64,000 nt of DNA from the NCBI GenBank assembly GCA_951406725.2, contig OX597830.1, positions 40,300,001 through 40,364,000 of the forward strand, read 5' to 3'. Below the pieces are notes generated by a model, which saw only the letters and a program-made list of their open reading frames with translations, had not been told where the DNA came from and searched no databases. Below, one piece after another: positions 41,330 to 55,280 of the stretch; position 1 is the first letter of the stretch, and each line of letters starts with the position of its first letter. Position numbers and translations under genes: made by a program. The stretch comes from Octopus vulgaris (taxonomy: Eukaryota).

Positions 41330-42840
41330 TCAAAAGAAACTAGAAAATGCGCCAACCAGTACTGGGCAAGTGACATGGGTAACATCAGGAAAATGTATGA
41401 GAAGATTAGAGTTGCTATCAGACCAATAGTGAGTAAAGTGGCACCTCTCAAGTCTGCAACAGGTGACCAGCTGACAGACAAGAAGAAACAAATGGAAAGA
41501 TGGGTGGAACATTACTCTCAATTGTACACAAAGGAGCGAGATGTTGATAGACAGCTTGATGCGGCCATTCCTCAGCTCCTCGAAATGACAGAACATGATA
41601 TACCACTAACGGAAGAACTCTCCAATGCAATCGGTGAACCTGCATGTGGAAAAGCACCCAGAAATGACACTATACCTGCTGAAGTGAAAGAGAACAAATA
41701 TGCCCTCCTTCCACATTTCTACAAGTTACTAAAGATGTGTTGGTTGGAAGTAAAAATTCCACAGGATATGAGAGATCACAAGATCATCACTCTCTACAAG
41801 GGAGATTGCAATAACTACAGAGGCATCTCACTTCTGAGCATCACTGGAAAAGCTTTTGCGAAGATCATTATGAAATGACTTCAGAAGCTAACAGAAAGAG
41901 TACTACCAGAGAGCCAGTGCGGTTTTAGATCTAACCACTCAACAATGGATATGATCTTCTCTATTCGTCAACTACAAGAAAAATGCCAGGAGCAGCAATT
42001 ACCCCTATATATAGCATTTGTCGATCTGACAAAGGCATTTCATACAGTCAGCAGGTCAGGACTGTACATAGTACTTGGAAAATGTGGCTGTCCCCTAATA
42101 CTACTGCAGCTCATTGTTTCATTCCATGATGACATGAAGGCCACCATTCAGTTTGACGGTTTAATATCAGATAGCTTCAACATCAACAACGGAGTAAAAC
42201 AAGGTTGTGTCTTAGTACCAATCCTTTTCACCATATATTTTGCTGTATTGCTGTTGTATGCATTTCAAGAGCTGCCGGGCAATGTCTACCTTTGTTGGAG
42301 AACTGATGGGTCAATCTTTGATCATTCTAAACTTTGGGCCAAGACTAAGATCAATAGAAGGCAGCAACAACAATAAGAGACTTTCTCTTCGCTGATGATG
42401 CGGCACTTGTTGCTCACAGTGAATAAAATCTACAAATAATGATGAACCACCTATCATCAGTATGCAAAGCCTTCGGTTTTGTCATCAGTGTAAAGAAGAC
42501 AGTCATCCACACTCAGGAGGGTGCAGTGAAAGGCCACATCAAGCTTGAGACAGTGGACAGGTTCTGCTATGTAGGGTCTACCATTTCGCCTACTACTTCA
42601 CTTTATGATGAGATTAATGTTAGGATAGGGAAGGCAGCAAGAACTTTTGGAAGGCTGAAAAAACCAGTATGGGAGAATAAGAGATTAGACATCAACACAA
42701 AGATCAGGATTTGTGAAGCAGGTGTTCTCAGCACACTCCTCTATGGATCTGAAACATGAACCTTGTACAGCAGACAGGAAAGGTGCCTCGGCATTTTCCA
42801 TCTCAGATTCCTCCGCAAGATCTTAGGCCTAACATAGCCT
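41330..42840 (+). pseudogene. RTE/BovB-like LINE reverse transcriptase remnant
   Basis: KGDCNNYRGISLLSITGK, LPESQCGFR, QLQEKCQEQQLPLYIAFVDLTKAF, GVKQGCVL, FLFADDAAL and VLSTLLYGSET, with stops and frameshifts. Confidence 0.93.
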
Positions 42841-43777
42841 TAACATAGTTCTCAGGGAGATTCAGCATGACACTGAATGTGACAAGACTGGCCCTTTGAA
42901 ATACAGGTACTACTCATTTTTACCAGCTGAGTGGACTGGAGCAATGTGAAGTAAAGTGTTTTGATCAAGGACACATGTCACCAGGAATTGAACTCATGAC
43001 CTTACGTTTGTGAGCCAAATGCCCTAACCACTAAGCTATGTGCCTTCACACACCCATGCCAGCATGGAAGACAAACGTTAAACGATGATGATGATATGAG
43101 AGAGAGAGAGAGAGATTCTATATGATCTGTAGCACTATGCTATTCTTTTACTTGTTTCAGTCATTTGACTGCAGCCATGCTGGAGCACTGCCTTTTAGTC
43201 GAACAAATTGACCCCGGGACTTATTCTTTGTAAGCCTAGTACTTATTCTATCGGTGTCTTTTGCCGTACCGCTAAGTTACGGGGACGTAAACACACCAGC
43301 GATGGTGGGGGACAAACACAGACACAAATATGTACAAACAGAACATACATACATATATATACATATATGACAGGCTCCTTTCAGTTTCCATCTACCAAAT
43401 CCACTCACAAGGCTTTGGTCGACCTGAGGCTATAGAAGACATTTGCCCAAGGTGCCACTTAGTGGGACTGAACCCAGAACAATGTAGTTGGGAAGCAAGA
43501 TTCTTATCACACAGCCACACCTGCGGCTATGTGTATATGTAAGCTATTTTCTTAAAAGGCAGAAACGTTAGCAGGCCAGGCGAAATGCGTAGCCGTATTT
43601 TGTCTGCCGTTACGTTCTGAATTCAAATTCCGCCGAGGTCGACTTTGCCTTTCATCCTTTCGGGGTCGTTAAATAAAGTACCAGTTACGCACTGGGGTCG
43701 ATATTATCGACTAATACTTTGTCCTTGTTTGTCCCCTCTATGTTTGGCCCCTTGTGGGTAATAAAGAAATATATTTC

Positions 43778-43815
<38 letters not shown>

Positions 43816-44531
43816 AATCTATGTTCTAGAAGGTAGCATAAAATAAAAACATTATTGTCTTTAATTAACCAATGCGATTCTTTTAGCTGTTTCTTTTTTT
43901 GATTTTACCTCATATCGTAACTAAGTTGAAATATATGACTATCAACTTAGTAGAAAAACATACTTTTATACTGGTTTGTCTCCCTTACATCTGTTAACCC
44001 TGTTTATCTCCCTTGTATCTTTATCCTTGTGGATTAAGAGCTGTCGGAATTTTTTTTTTTTTAAAGCGGATAAAGAAATTTGTTATCACTGATACTACTA
44101 ATTCAGTGGAGAGAAGTTTCTATGATATCATATTACACACGCACACACACACACACATACACAAAAGTACCCAATACGACAGGAGAGTATATTTTAATTT
44201 GATTGATTCTGTAGTCTACTGCTTGAAAGTTTTCTCTGACGAGTTACTGATCCCTTCTCACAGGAATGTAATAGGTATGAACGGGGTGATTCGGAAGCCA
44301 ATTTAGCATTTAAATATATTTTGTCTTTTACCTGCTTCAGCCATTGGACTGCGGCCATGCTGGAGCTTGGTCTTGAAGAGTTTACTTGAGCAAATTTACC
44401 TCCAGTAGTTATAAGTTTGGTATTTATTTTATTGGTCTCTTTTCCCGAACAGCTAAGTTATGGGGACGTAAACAAGCCAACACCAATTGTCAAGCGATGG
44501 TGAAGGACAAACACAAAGACACATCTCATAA

Positions 44532-44589
<58 letters not shown>

Positions 44590-46339
44590 AGGCACAAATG
44601 GTTGTGAGAGACTAGAAAGAAACGAAAGTAGCATGTGCAATGTTGGCATGCGTGTTTATGACAAAGAGTAAATGCGCTGAGAGAAATATCAGGAATAAGA
44701 GGCATCAGATATGGGATGCTGGAGAGCTGGTATGGTCATGCAATTCAGCTGGATGAGGTCAGCTGTATAAAGAAGTGCTGATTGCTAAAAGTGGAAGGGA
44801 CCCATGGAAGAGGTGGAATAAAGTGGTGAAACCTAATCTCAAGATGTTGAGCCTTTTGGAAGAGATGACAGGGCACGCACCAAGATGAATTGCATTCTGC
44901 TGTGGTTGAGAAGACCCGTCCATCTCAGCAGAATTAAGGTTCTGTCAAGCCTTCACCCACAACTCACCTTCTGACACTTGTTCCACCATCAATCTTCTCA
45001 GTATTTTGGGTTTTTTTTTTTACATGAACACACTGTAATGAGGGCGGAGATTCCGAATCTGCATAAAAAATCTGCATTTCAAAATTTAACTCCCCACAAA
45101 TTTCTTAAATTTTCAGTTTAAAAAAAAAATTTTTTTAGGTGAAATACATAGAAAAATACGGAGATTATAATTCTGAAAGAAAAATTTGGTAAAATTTCAA
45201 TTTAAAAAAAATAATAATAAATACCCCCTCCCCTCTGCTCTATGACGAGAAGTGGAATTAAAGTGTTTTCTCTACTAATCTTGAAATGCAGATTTTTTTT
45301 GCAGATTCAGAATCTCTGCCCTTGATAAAGTGTGTTCATGTAAAAATAAAACCCCACCAAAATCCCAAAGATCCATGGTCTTTACCTATACCTTCCTTCC
45401 ACTAAACTGATATTTCCTGAGTCCAACTCACTCCCTATCTCTAATCATCTGTCACACTATTCTCATCCTTGTGTGCATTCTTACCTCCACATCCATCTTT
45501 TCTCTTCCTCTATCCTATTCTGTCTTTCATATTCACTTTGTACCTTGATATCACATCTCTCTCTCTCTCACTTTTGATATAGTGTGTTCATGTAAAAATA
45601 AAAACCCAAAAAATCCCTGGGCTGGACTGGGCTGATGCCACCTCTCCCCATCGCTTGGGCTAATACCAGTCGATGTAGGTGTGTTTACGTACCCGTAATC
45701 TAGCAGTTCGGCGAAAGAGACCAACAGAATAAGTACTAGGGTTATCAAAGAATAAGGCCTGGAGTGGATTTGTTCATCTAAAGGCAGTGCTCCAGCATGG
45801 CCGCAGTCGAATGACTGAAACCAATAAAGGAATAAAATGTGTTAACAATTCCACCAACTTTAATGCCTTATCTCTTCACCATCTAAACCATCCACATCCG
45901 ACCAAAATATTCTCCCTGTCTTATGTTCAAGGTGACCAGATCCAGCCTCTCTCGCCTACCTTGCAATGCCATTTTAAAATAAACAATCATATCATTGACA
46001 TCTGAAAGCTATGAGATAACAGATGATTAATTGAAAACGAGGGGAATGAATAGGATCATCAGAATCAACAGAATGATCTGAATGTTAAAAGGGTTCTTCT
46101 GCTCTGTCTATATTACACTATGTAAATATTCACATGGCAACATGGATGCAAATGTGCATTTGCTTGCATGCATGCCTGTGTGCATGTGTGTGTATGTGTG
46201 TGTGTGTGTGTGTGTTGTAAGTATACGAACTGTTGCAATCTTGAAGATTCAGCAAATAACTTTTACTTTTGCATTTAGTTGTTGCTGTCTCTGACATTAC
46301 AATGTTGAAAATATCAATTTTCTTGAGAGGTGAATGGAA

Positions 46340-46680
46340 GGAAGATAGGAAAGGAGAGGAAGAGAGGGTATGGGTGATGAAGGAGAGGAAGAAGAAAAGT
46401 GAAGAAGGATAGGAAGAAGAAGAGCAAAGAAGGAGAGGAAGAAGAAGAGCAAAAATGGAGAGGAAGAAGAGCAAAGAAGGAGAGGAAGAAGAGCAAAGAA
46501 GGAGAGGAAGAAGAGCAAAGAAGGAGAGGAAGAAGAAGAGCAAAGAAGGAGTGGAGGAAGAAGAGCAAAGGAGAAGAGCAAAGAAGAAGAGCGAAGAAAG
46601 AGAGGAAGAAGAAGAGCGAAGAAGAAGGAGAGGAAGACAAAGAAGTAGAATTAGAAGATGAGGAGGAGGGAGAGCAGAGT
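46340..46680. repeat. GA-rich compound repeat (GAAGAAGAGCAAAGAAGGAGAG)n
   Basis: Direct reading; source of spurious Lys/Glu/Arg and Ser/Leu ORFs. Confidence 0.9.
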
Positions 46681-47814
46681 GAATGGTAGTGATAGAAAAA
46701 GGGATGAGGAGAGACGGGGAGAAAGAGAGGGGGAGTGGCTTAGAGGCATTATGTACCAAAGTTATTTGTTTTCATCACTTAATAGTGTCACTGTGTAAAT
46801 GAGATGATGGCAGAAGGTGGTGTGTGGGGAGGGGGAGGGGAGACAGAACAAAGTAGAAACCAACCACCAACAGAGTGCTTATAATTTCTTTCCTCCCCCT
46901 CTTTCCTACTTTCTCAAATGTTTCTGTTTTTCTCTCTCTCTCTCTCTCTCCCCCTCTGTTCCATATGAAGAGGAAAGGTATTTTTTAAAGTGAAAAGCAA
47001 AGGAAACAATATTAGGACAACAGTAACAAGAACAACATTGGTAGTGGTGGCCATGGTTGTAATGGTGATGATGGCATTAGTATTACTTGTGGTGGTGGCC
47101 GTGGTAGACATGGTGGTGGGTGTAGCGAAGATGAGATGGTAGTGGTTGTGGTGATGGAGTAAGTAGTGGTGGTGGTGGTGGTGGTGGTGGTGGTATTAGT
47201 AGTGGTTGTAGTGTTGGTAGTAGTAATGGTCATGATGGTTGCGATAGTGATGGTGGTAGTGTTGATGATAGTGATGATAGCAAAGATAATTTAGTCATTG
47301 CAGTGATTTGGTGTTGGTAGTAGTAGTAGTGATGATGGTGGTGGTAGTAGTAGTAGTAGTTATGGTGGTTGGTGGTAGTAGTTGTGATGATGGTGGTGGT
47401 AGTGGTTGCTGTTGTAGTGGTGGTGGCAATAGAGGACAAACTACAAACCATCTTCTTTACATACAAAGACACAACTAAACACCACAAGGTACTTTATTGG
47501 GTGCTCTACTGATTCTGTCAAGTCAATTTATAATAAATGTTTCTGGCCTGAAATTATAGGAGAGGCATTTTGCCAATTAAATTAATCATCCCAGGACTTG
47601 ATTGGTACAGTATTTTATCAGACCCTGAAGAATGAAAACCAAAGCTGACCACAGCAGGATTTGAACTCGGACTGTAGCAAACCAGAGGAAATACAAGAAT
47701 GTGATTTTTTAAAAAATATTTTGGTGATCAAATGGTTCTACCAGCTAACTGCCTTATACCAACCTAGAATGATGAAAATAATTGTTTCTAACATTAGTTT
47801 GAAGTAAGGAAGAG

Positions 47815-48175
47815 TTACATTATTTAGATTCGACGGATACTTGTCCTCATCTTGTTTGTTGTTAACACGTTTTGGCTGATATAACCTCCAGCCTTCTTCA
47901 GGTGTCTTGGGGAAATTTTGAACCTGGGTTCTCATTCCTAAGGTATTTTTCAAAGGCACACAAAGAAAATGACTCTCTCCAGACACAAAGGAAGATGTTA
48001 TTATTATTGTTCAGGTCACTGCTTGGAATCAAACTCGGAATCTTGGAGTTAGTAGCCCGCACTCTTAACCACTACGACATATGCCCGTGGGCAATGGCAT
48101 AGTGGTTAAGAGTGCAGGCTACTAACCCCAAGATTCTGAGTCTGATTCCAAGCAGTGACCTGAACAATAATAATA
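47815..48175. mobile_element. Third tRNA-head/HHR composite (minus copy plus inverted head), HHR core mutated
   Basis: The minus copy ~47815-48090 has CTGAAGA...CAGCC-AAAAC (G12A) and lacks the GTT triplet. It is immediately followed by a plus-strand tRNA head (~48093-48175) ending in TAA repeats. Confidence 0.75.
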
Positions 48176-48848
48176 ATAATTTCAAATTTTGGCACAAGGC
48201 CAGCAGGGGTTCAGTCGACTTCATCAGCCCCAGTGCTTAACTGGTACCTATTTAATCAACCCCAAAAAGATAAAAGATAAAGTTGACTCCAGTGGAATTC
48301 GAACTCAGAACGTGAAGACAGAATGCTGCTAAGCATTTCACCCGGCATGCTAATGATTTGGCCAAACTTGCCACCTTAGTAGTTGTAGTCGTGGTTAACA
48401 ATCCTTTCTACTGGAAGCAAAAGGCCTCAAATTTGAGGGAAGGGATTAAGTCAATTACATCGACCCCAATGTGTAACTGAAAGGATGAAAGGCAAAGTCA
48501 ACCTTGGCAGAATTTAAACTTAGAACATAGTGGCAGACAAAATACTGCTAAGCATTTCACCAGGCATGCTAATGATTCTGCCAGCTCACTGCCATAGTAG
48601 TAGTAGCAGCAGCAGTAAAATAATGATGATGATTCTTTCTACTATAGGCACAAAGCCTGAAATTTTTTGGGAGGAGGGGTAAGTGGTTTACATCAACCCC
48701 AGAACTCAACTGGTACTTATTTTATCAACTTCAAAAGAATAAAAGGCCAAGCTGACCTCAGCAGAATTTGAACTCAGAACATAAAGGACCAGAAGAAATT
48801 CTGTTAAGCATTCTGTCTGGCATGGTAACGATTCTGCCAGCTTACTAC

Positions 48849-48879
<31 letters not shown>

Positions 48880-48894
48880 GTAATAGTAATAGTA

Positions 48895-48932
<38 letters not shown>

Positions 48933-49448
48933 CCTTTTTTGTTATAGTCACAAGATCTGAAATTTTGGGGGTGAGCACTTATCTATCAATAGGGGTGCAT
49001 TCTAAGTGAGGGTAATAAGGTCAATAGAAACTGTTTGGAAGCCCAGCAGAAGGATTGTAACTATAAGCCTATGAGTAAGGCTTGTTGTCATTCACCTCAT
49101 GCCATGCAGGAGGGTTATATAAAGGGTACAAGCATGTGTAGAGCACCCAGTCCTTCTTATATTATAGTACAATGTGGTGAGATTTTTGTGGACAGAACAA
49201 CTCAAATATACATGCACATGCAAACACACACACACACACATTTATTCTTTTACATGTTTCAGTCATTTGACTGTAGCCATGCTGGAGTACTGCTTTGAAG
49301 GGTTTTAGTCAAACAGATCAGCCCCAGGACTTTATTCTTTGTAGGCATAGTACTTATTATATCGGTCTCTTTGCTGAACTGCTAGGTTATGGGGACGTAA
49401 ACACACCAACATCAGATGTGAAGTGATGGTGGAGAGGACAACACAAAG

Positions 49449-49493
<45 letters not shown>

Positions 49494-49790
49494 ATCATCA
49501 TTGTCATTTAACACCCACTTTCCATTTTGGCATGGGTTGGATGGTTTGACTTAGAACTGGCAGGCTAAGAGGCTGCACCAGTCTCCAGTCTGATTTCACA
49601 AGGTTTTTACAGCTGGATGCCCTTCCTAACACCAACCACTCTGAGAGTGTAGTGCATGCTTTTTATGTGCCATTGGCACAGGAGCCAGCCAGGCAGCACT
49701 AGCATCGACCACGGTCAAATGGTGCTTTTTACATGCCACTGGCATGGGTGCCAGTCAGGTGGCACTGGCATTAGCTTCAATGGGACTGGC

Positions 49791-49829
<39 letters not shown>

Positions 49830-49974
49830 GTGGGTTTCTTTCAGTTTCTGTCTACCAAGTCCACTCAAAAGACTTTGGTCAGCCCGAAGCTATAATAGAC
49901 AACACTTACTCAAGGCGCTATGCAATGGGACTGAACCTGGAACCATGTGGTTGGGAAGCAAACTTCTTACTACA

Positions 49975-50460
49975 GAGTCAAGTTTAGAAAGCTTTTATCC
50001 CTACTGGTGACAAAGCGCTTCTCGCTCAGAATGAAAGGTAGATGGTACGATGCATGTGTGCAAACTGCCATGCTTCACAGCAGTGAAACATGGGCTGTGA
50101 CTGCTGAGGACATGCGTAGGCTTGAAAGAAATGAAACTAGTATGATCTACTGGATGTGTATACTCGACATGTGCATACATGTGTAAGCACCCTGAGAGAA
50201 ATGTTAGACATAAGAAGCATTCGATGTGGCGTGCAAGAGAGACGTTTGCACTGGTATGGTCATGTACTACAGATGGATGAGGAGAGCTGTGTGAAGAAGT
50301 GCCACTCCCAAACAGTTGAAGGAATCCAAGGTAGAGGTAAACCCAGGAAGACATGGGATGAGGTAGTGAAACATGACCTTCAAACATTGGGCCTCACAGA
50401 GGCAATGATGAAAGACGGAGACCTCTGATATGCTGTGACTGTGAAGACCTGGCAAATAAA
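49975..50460 (+). mobile_element. RTE-clade LINE 3' fragment
   Basis: KGRWYDACVQTAMLHSSETWA and RRLHWYGHVLQMDEESCVKKC..GRGKPRKTWDEVVKHDL. A more decayed copy lies at ~44600-44925. Confidence 0.9.
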
Positions 50461-51884
50461 GTGAGTTCACAGTTGTATCCTACACCAGTTTCACATAACC
50501 AGCGCACTCAAAAGTACCTTGGATTGTAGGGTGACATGCTGTGCTTGAGGAGACCTATTGAGTCAAGTACATCAACATCAAAATGAAAATCAAATGGAAA
50601 TTGTAGTTGTGGTCCCCATGCCGTTTGCATGTAAAAAACACCTACTACACTCACAGAGTGGTTGGCGTTAGGAAGGGCATCCAGCTGTAGAAACACTGCC
50701 AGATCAGACTGGAACCTGGTGCAGCCACCTGGCTTCCCAAACCCCAGTCGAACCATCCAACCCATACTAGCATGGAAAGCGGACATTAAACAATGATATA
50801 TATATTATTTTTATGTTGGCGGGGAATGGTTCCAAAGATATAATATGCCTGCAGCAGATATAAACTTGGCCCACAAGATACTAGTAAACACTTAACACAC
50901 ACATGGTGCATGTGTGCACATTTACACACATACTCTCTCTATATCACTATCATTCTTTTGCACTCTCTCTGTTATTTTTTGTTTTACTCTCCTTCTTCTC
51001 TCTCTCTCTCTCTTTCACAGTCTTTGTCATATAAAGATAACAATAATTAGATTGACATTTTTGATAATTATACCTGCCTCCTTTTGTTTTAGGAATAAAT
51101 TCCTTGCTTCCCAACATACAAGGATAGACACAGGCAACCAATATACACACACACATATACATAACTTTTGAAAATGCACAAATGGGCAAATGCACGCACA
51201 CACACACATCCAAACAACCATTCAAAAACAAAAGATATATATATATACATACACACACACAGAGAAACACATATACAGGTATACACATAAAGATAAACAT
51301 TTGTGTGGAGTTATGTTTCCAGGTGAGTACAATTCAATGATTATTATCAAAATATTTACAAAACAAAATGACAAACAAAATGGAAAATGGAAATGCAATG
51401 CATACACACACACACACACACACACACATATAATGATTAACAAAATACTGGAGAAAAGAGAAAATAAGACATAAACGGTGGTGGTAAGAGCAGCAGCAGC
51501 AACAAGCTTGAAATGAAGATCCATTTTATTGAAAATGCCAAAGTATGAAAGAAGATGGAGGAATCATTGTGATCTAATTATTTCAAAAGAAAAGCGCTTT
51601 AATGTTTAAATGTTGCAGGAAATTCGATGTGACCTTCAAAACTATTCTGAGATTTGTCATTGATAGGAGAAAACAAAGAATTAAACAATAGTCATACATA
51701 CCATGTGTGTGTGTGTGTGTGTGTGTGTTTAAAAGCGTGTATATGTATTCGTGCTTGTATGTATACATGTATGTGTGTGTGAGGCTAGTTTGAATCAACT
51801 TTCTGGGTAAGATTTCCTGTATTCGTTTGTAGTTGTTATTGGTTGTTGTTGTGGTTTAGCTTCTGGTCAACCTTTGATCAAGTA

Positions 51885-53680
51885 GAACAATGATCAAAGA
51901 TGTTCCAGCTGTGACCATCTCTAATCAAACAGATCTATGCATCAAACACATTCCAGCCTGACCATCCCTGATAAAGGAAAGCTTATGAACAAATATTTTC
52001 TAACTGTGATCATCCTGATACAGTAAAACCTAAGATCAAAACTGCTCCAATTGTGACCATCCCTGAGATAACAAAACCTACAATCAAAGATGTTCCAACT
52101 ATGACCATTCCTGAGAGAGCAAAATCTATGACCATCCAGACATGACCATCCCATCATTTTGTATATCATGGACTACATTGTCCACTGTATCCATTCTTTG
52201 TTTTTAAGACTATAGAATATGATTTAAGAGAAATTTGGCAGCTATTTCTAGCAGGGCTGGCAATGTATTGACTTTACTCTTTTACTTGTTTCAGTCATTT
52301 GACTGCGGCCGTGCTGGAGCACCGCCTTTAGTCAAGCAAATCAACCCCAGGACTTATTCTTTGTAAGCCTAGGACTTATTCTATTGGTCTCTTTTGCCAG
52401 ACCGCTAAGTCTGACGGGCTTCTTTCAGTTTCCGTCTACCAAATCCACTCTCAAGGCTTGGTCGGCCTGAGGCTATAGTAGAAGATACTTGTCCAAGGTG
52501 CCATGCAGTGGGACTGAGCCCGGAACCATGTGGTTGGTAAGCAAGTTACATGCCACACAGCCACTCCTGTGCCTATTTGTTTAAGATATTTAATTAATTT
52601 AATTATAGTAAATCATTGACTACATGGATTTGGGTTATTTCCTATGTGTCCACCATCAGAAATAACTACAATAGAGTTAAATACATTAGGCGTTTCATCT
52701 TGTGTGGTAAGTAGCTATATCAGCGCAGGAGTGGCTGTGTGGTAAGTAGCTTGCTTACCAACCACATGGTTCTGGGTTCAGTCTCACTGCACGACACCTT
52801 GGGCAAGTGTCTTCTACTGTAGCCTTGGGCCAACCAAAACCCTGTGAGTGGATTTGGGAGATGGAAACTGAAAGAAGCCCATCATTTAGATATATATATA
52901 TATATATATCATCATCATCATCATCATCATCGTTTAGTGTCTGCTTTCCATGCTAGCATGGGTTGGACTATATATATGTGTATGTATGTATGTATGTATG
53001 TATGTATGTATGTATGTATGTATATGTTTGTGTGTCTGTGTTTAACCTCCCACCATCGCTTGACAACTGATGTTGGTGTGTTTACATCCCTGTAACCTAG
53101 TGGTTCGGCAAAAGAGACCGATAGAATAAGTATTGGGCTTACAAAGAATAAGTCCTGAGGTCAATTTGTTCGACAAAAGGTGGTGCTCCAGCATGGCGGC
53201 AGTCAAATGACTGAAACAAATAAAAGAATAAACAACAGTGGATGTTAAACTTCCACTGATGATGACTAAGAAGGCAGAAACGTTTCAAAGTTATCTTCCT
53301 TGCTTACTTGACCAGAGAATATTGCTAGCTAACCTTTAATATTTTTCTTAATCACCATTGTTATTTTTGATGCTGAGAATATTAGAAATCGGTACACTCA
53401 CTCTTTTGTTAGTAAACATGTTACAAAAGAAAAATATAGTTACATAAGTATCTGAGAGAACAAAACCTATGATCAAAGGTGTTCCAACTATGACCATTCC
53501 TAATAGAGCAAAATCTACGACCATCCCCAATAGAGCAAAGGTGTTCCAGACATGACCATTCCGTAATTTTGTATATCATGGACTATATTGTCCACTGTAT
53601 CCATTCTTTGTTTTTAAGACTGTAGAGAATGATTTGAGGGAAAATTCGGCAGCTATTTCTAGTAGGGCTAGCAATGGCGT
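51885..53680 (+). repeat. Local ~190-bp duplication (~52090-52265 vs ~53480-53675) with ~43-bp tandem subunits at 51885-52140
   Basis: The segment TTTTGTATATCATGGACTA.ATTGTCCACTGTATCCATTCTTTGTTTTTAAGACT is shared almost identically. Confidence 0.8.
53248..53292 (+). ncRNA. Degenerate hammerhead motif (separate family)
   Basis: AACTTCCA-CTGATGA-TGAC-taagaa-GGCA-GAAAC-GTT-TCAAAGTT. The core is intact; stems I and II carry mismatches. Confidence 0.5.
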
Positions 53681-54904
53681 ACAGGCTTATGAAAATACAA
53701 CATAAAAGGCCAACAGAGAAAATACAAAACCTCAATGCAAAATATATGGTTCATTGTGAATAGCAGAGCATAAAATATTGATTTTGTTGTTTAACTACAC
53801 ACCATAAAAGCACATTAACCTTTTTAGCATTTAGATTTCTCTATCAAAAGCAATGTTTGTTTATTCACATTGTTTTTAAGTAATCACCTGTTATCTCATA
53901 GCATCAAGGTTTTGGTGATCGGATTATGTATTTTTAGAACGACATTGTAGGGTAGGTGTAAGAGGCAAGATCTGGCTGGTTTGAATGTTTGAACATCATC
54001 ATCATTTAATGTCCGTTTTCCATGCTGGCATGGGTTGGATGGTTTGACTGAAAACTGGGGAGCTGTGCCAGACTCCAATCTGATTTGGTATGGTTTCTAG
54101 AGCTGGGTGCCCTTCCTAATGCCAACCACTCTAAAAGTGTAGTGAGTGCTTTTTACATGCCACTGGCACAAGTTCCAGTTACGGAACACCGGCATCAGCC
54201 ACGACTACAACCTCACTTGGCTTAACAGGTCTTCTCAAGCATAGTGTATTGCCAGAGGTCTTGGTCACTTGTCACTGCCTCAGACAAAAAAATTGGGCCA
54301 GATATAGCCAGTGTAAATATTAAAGGGTTAAACCTTTCATTTGCTAACCAGTTATCAAAACAAAACAATAAATTTTCGTTGAATTCTATAATTGGACAGG
54401 AGTGGGGGTGTGGGGAGTTGCCATTCTATGAAGAAAGGATAGAAATAGTGATTATTGCTGGGAGTGGGGAGGTATAGAAGCTGGACACAATGATAACTGG
54501 AGGAGAGAGAAAACATGAATGATTCAGAAAAATATTCTCATTGGGAAGGACCATGAACTTTGCTAGATCTAAGGATCAGAGGCCATTACAGTTGCGGTAG
54601 AAAAGACAAAGAGAGGACACAGTGCACCTTTGAGCCAGAGGATGGAGTCATAATTGTGAAAGATATTACACAAATCAGTTAGGTAGACTTTTTGTGGGTG
54701 CAGTCTAGGATGTGTGTTGATTAATTATCTAAATGTTTGCCATGATTTATTGCTAATAATCTTTTATCTGTTGCTTGTTTCAGTCATCAAACTGTGGCCA
54801 TGTTGGGGCACCACCATGGCAGGTTCAGTTGAAAACATCAACCCAAGCACTTAGTATTTAACCCTTCAGCATTCAGATTACTCTGTCAAATGCAGTGCTT
54901 ATTT

Positions 54905-55280
54905 CAGTTCTATATTTAAGAGATGAGGAATTATTTACATTATTTACATTTGACAGATATTTGTCCTCATCTTGTTTGTTGTTAGCACAACATTTTGGCT
55001 GATATACTCTCCAGCCTTCATCAAGTGTCTTGGGGAAATTTTGAGAACCTGGGTTCTCATTCATAAGGTATTTTTCTATGTTGTTGTTGTTATTATTACT
55101 ATTATTATTCAGGTCACTGCCTGGAATCAAACTCAGAATCTTGGGGTTAGTAGCCTGCGCTCTTAACCACTATGCCATATGCCCTTGATGCACCTGATGA
55201 AGTCTGGAGGGTACATCAGCTGAAACGTTGTGTTAACAACAAACAAGATGAGGACAAATATCCGTCAATTGTAAATAATG
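54905..55280. mobile_element. Composite tRNA-head/HHR element with inverted partial copy and 14-bp TSD
   Basis: A minus full copy (54905-55184) is followed by a plus HHR-tail copy (~55188-55280). TGCAGTGCTTATTT is duplicated exactly at 54891-54904 and 55281-55294, inside a TTAA-MITE. Confidence 0.85.
55190..55234 (+). ncRNA. Minimal type I hammerhead ribozyme motif, core intact
   Basis: GCAC-CTGATGA(55194-55200)-AGTCTGG-agggtaca-TCAGCT-GAAAC(55222-55226)-GTT-GTGTT. One mismatch in stem II. Confidence 0.7.

Noticed and set aside
44235-44275. CTGACGA followed by a GTTAC/GTAAT stem
   Set aside because: No GAAA after the stem, so not a hammerhead.
51885-52140. CRISPR-like array
   Set aside because: Degenerate tandem units with no unique spacers, in eukaryotic DNA with no cas genes.
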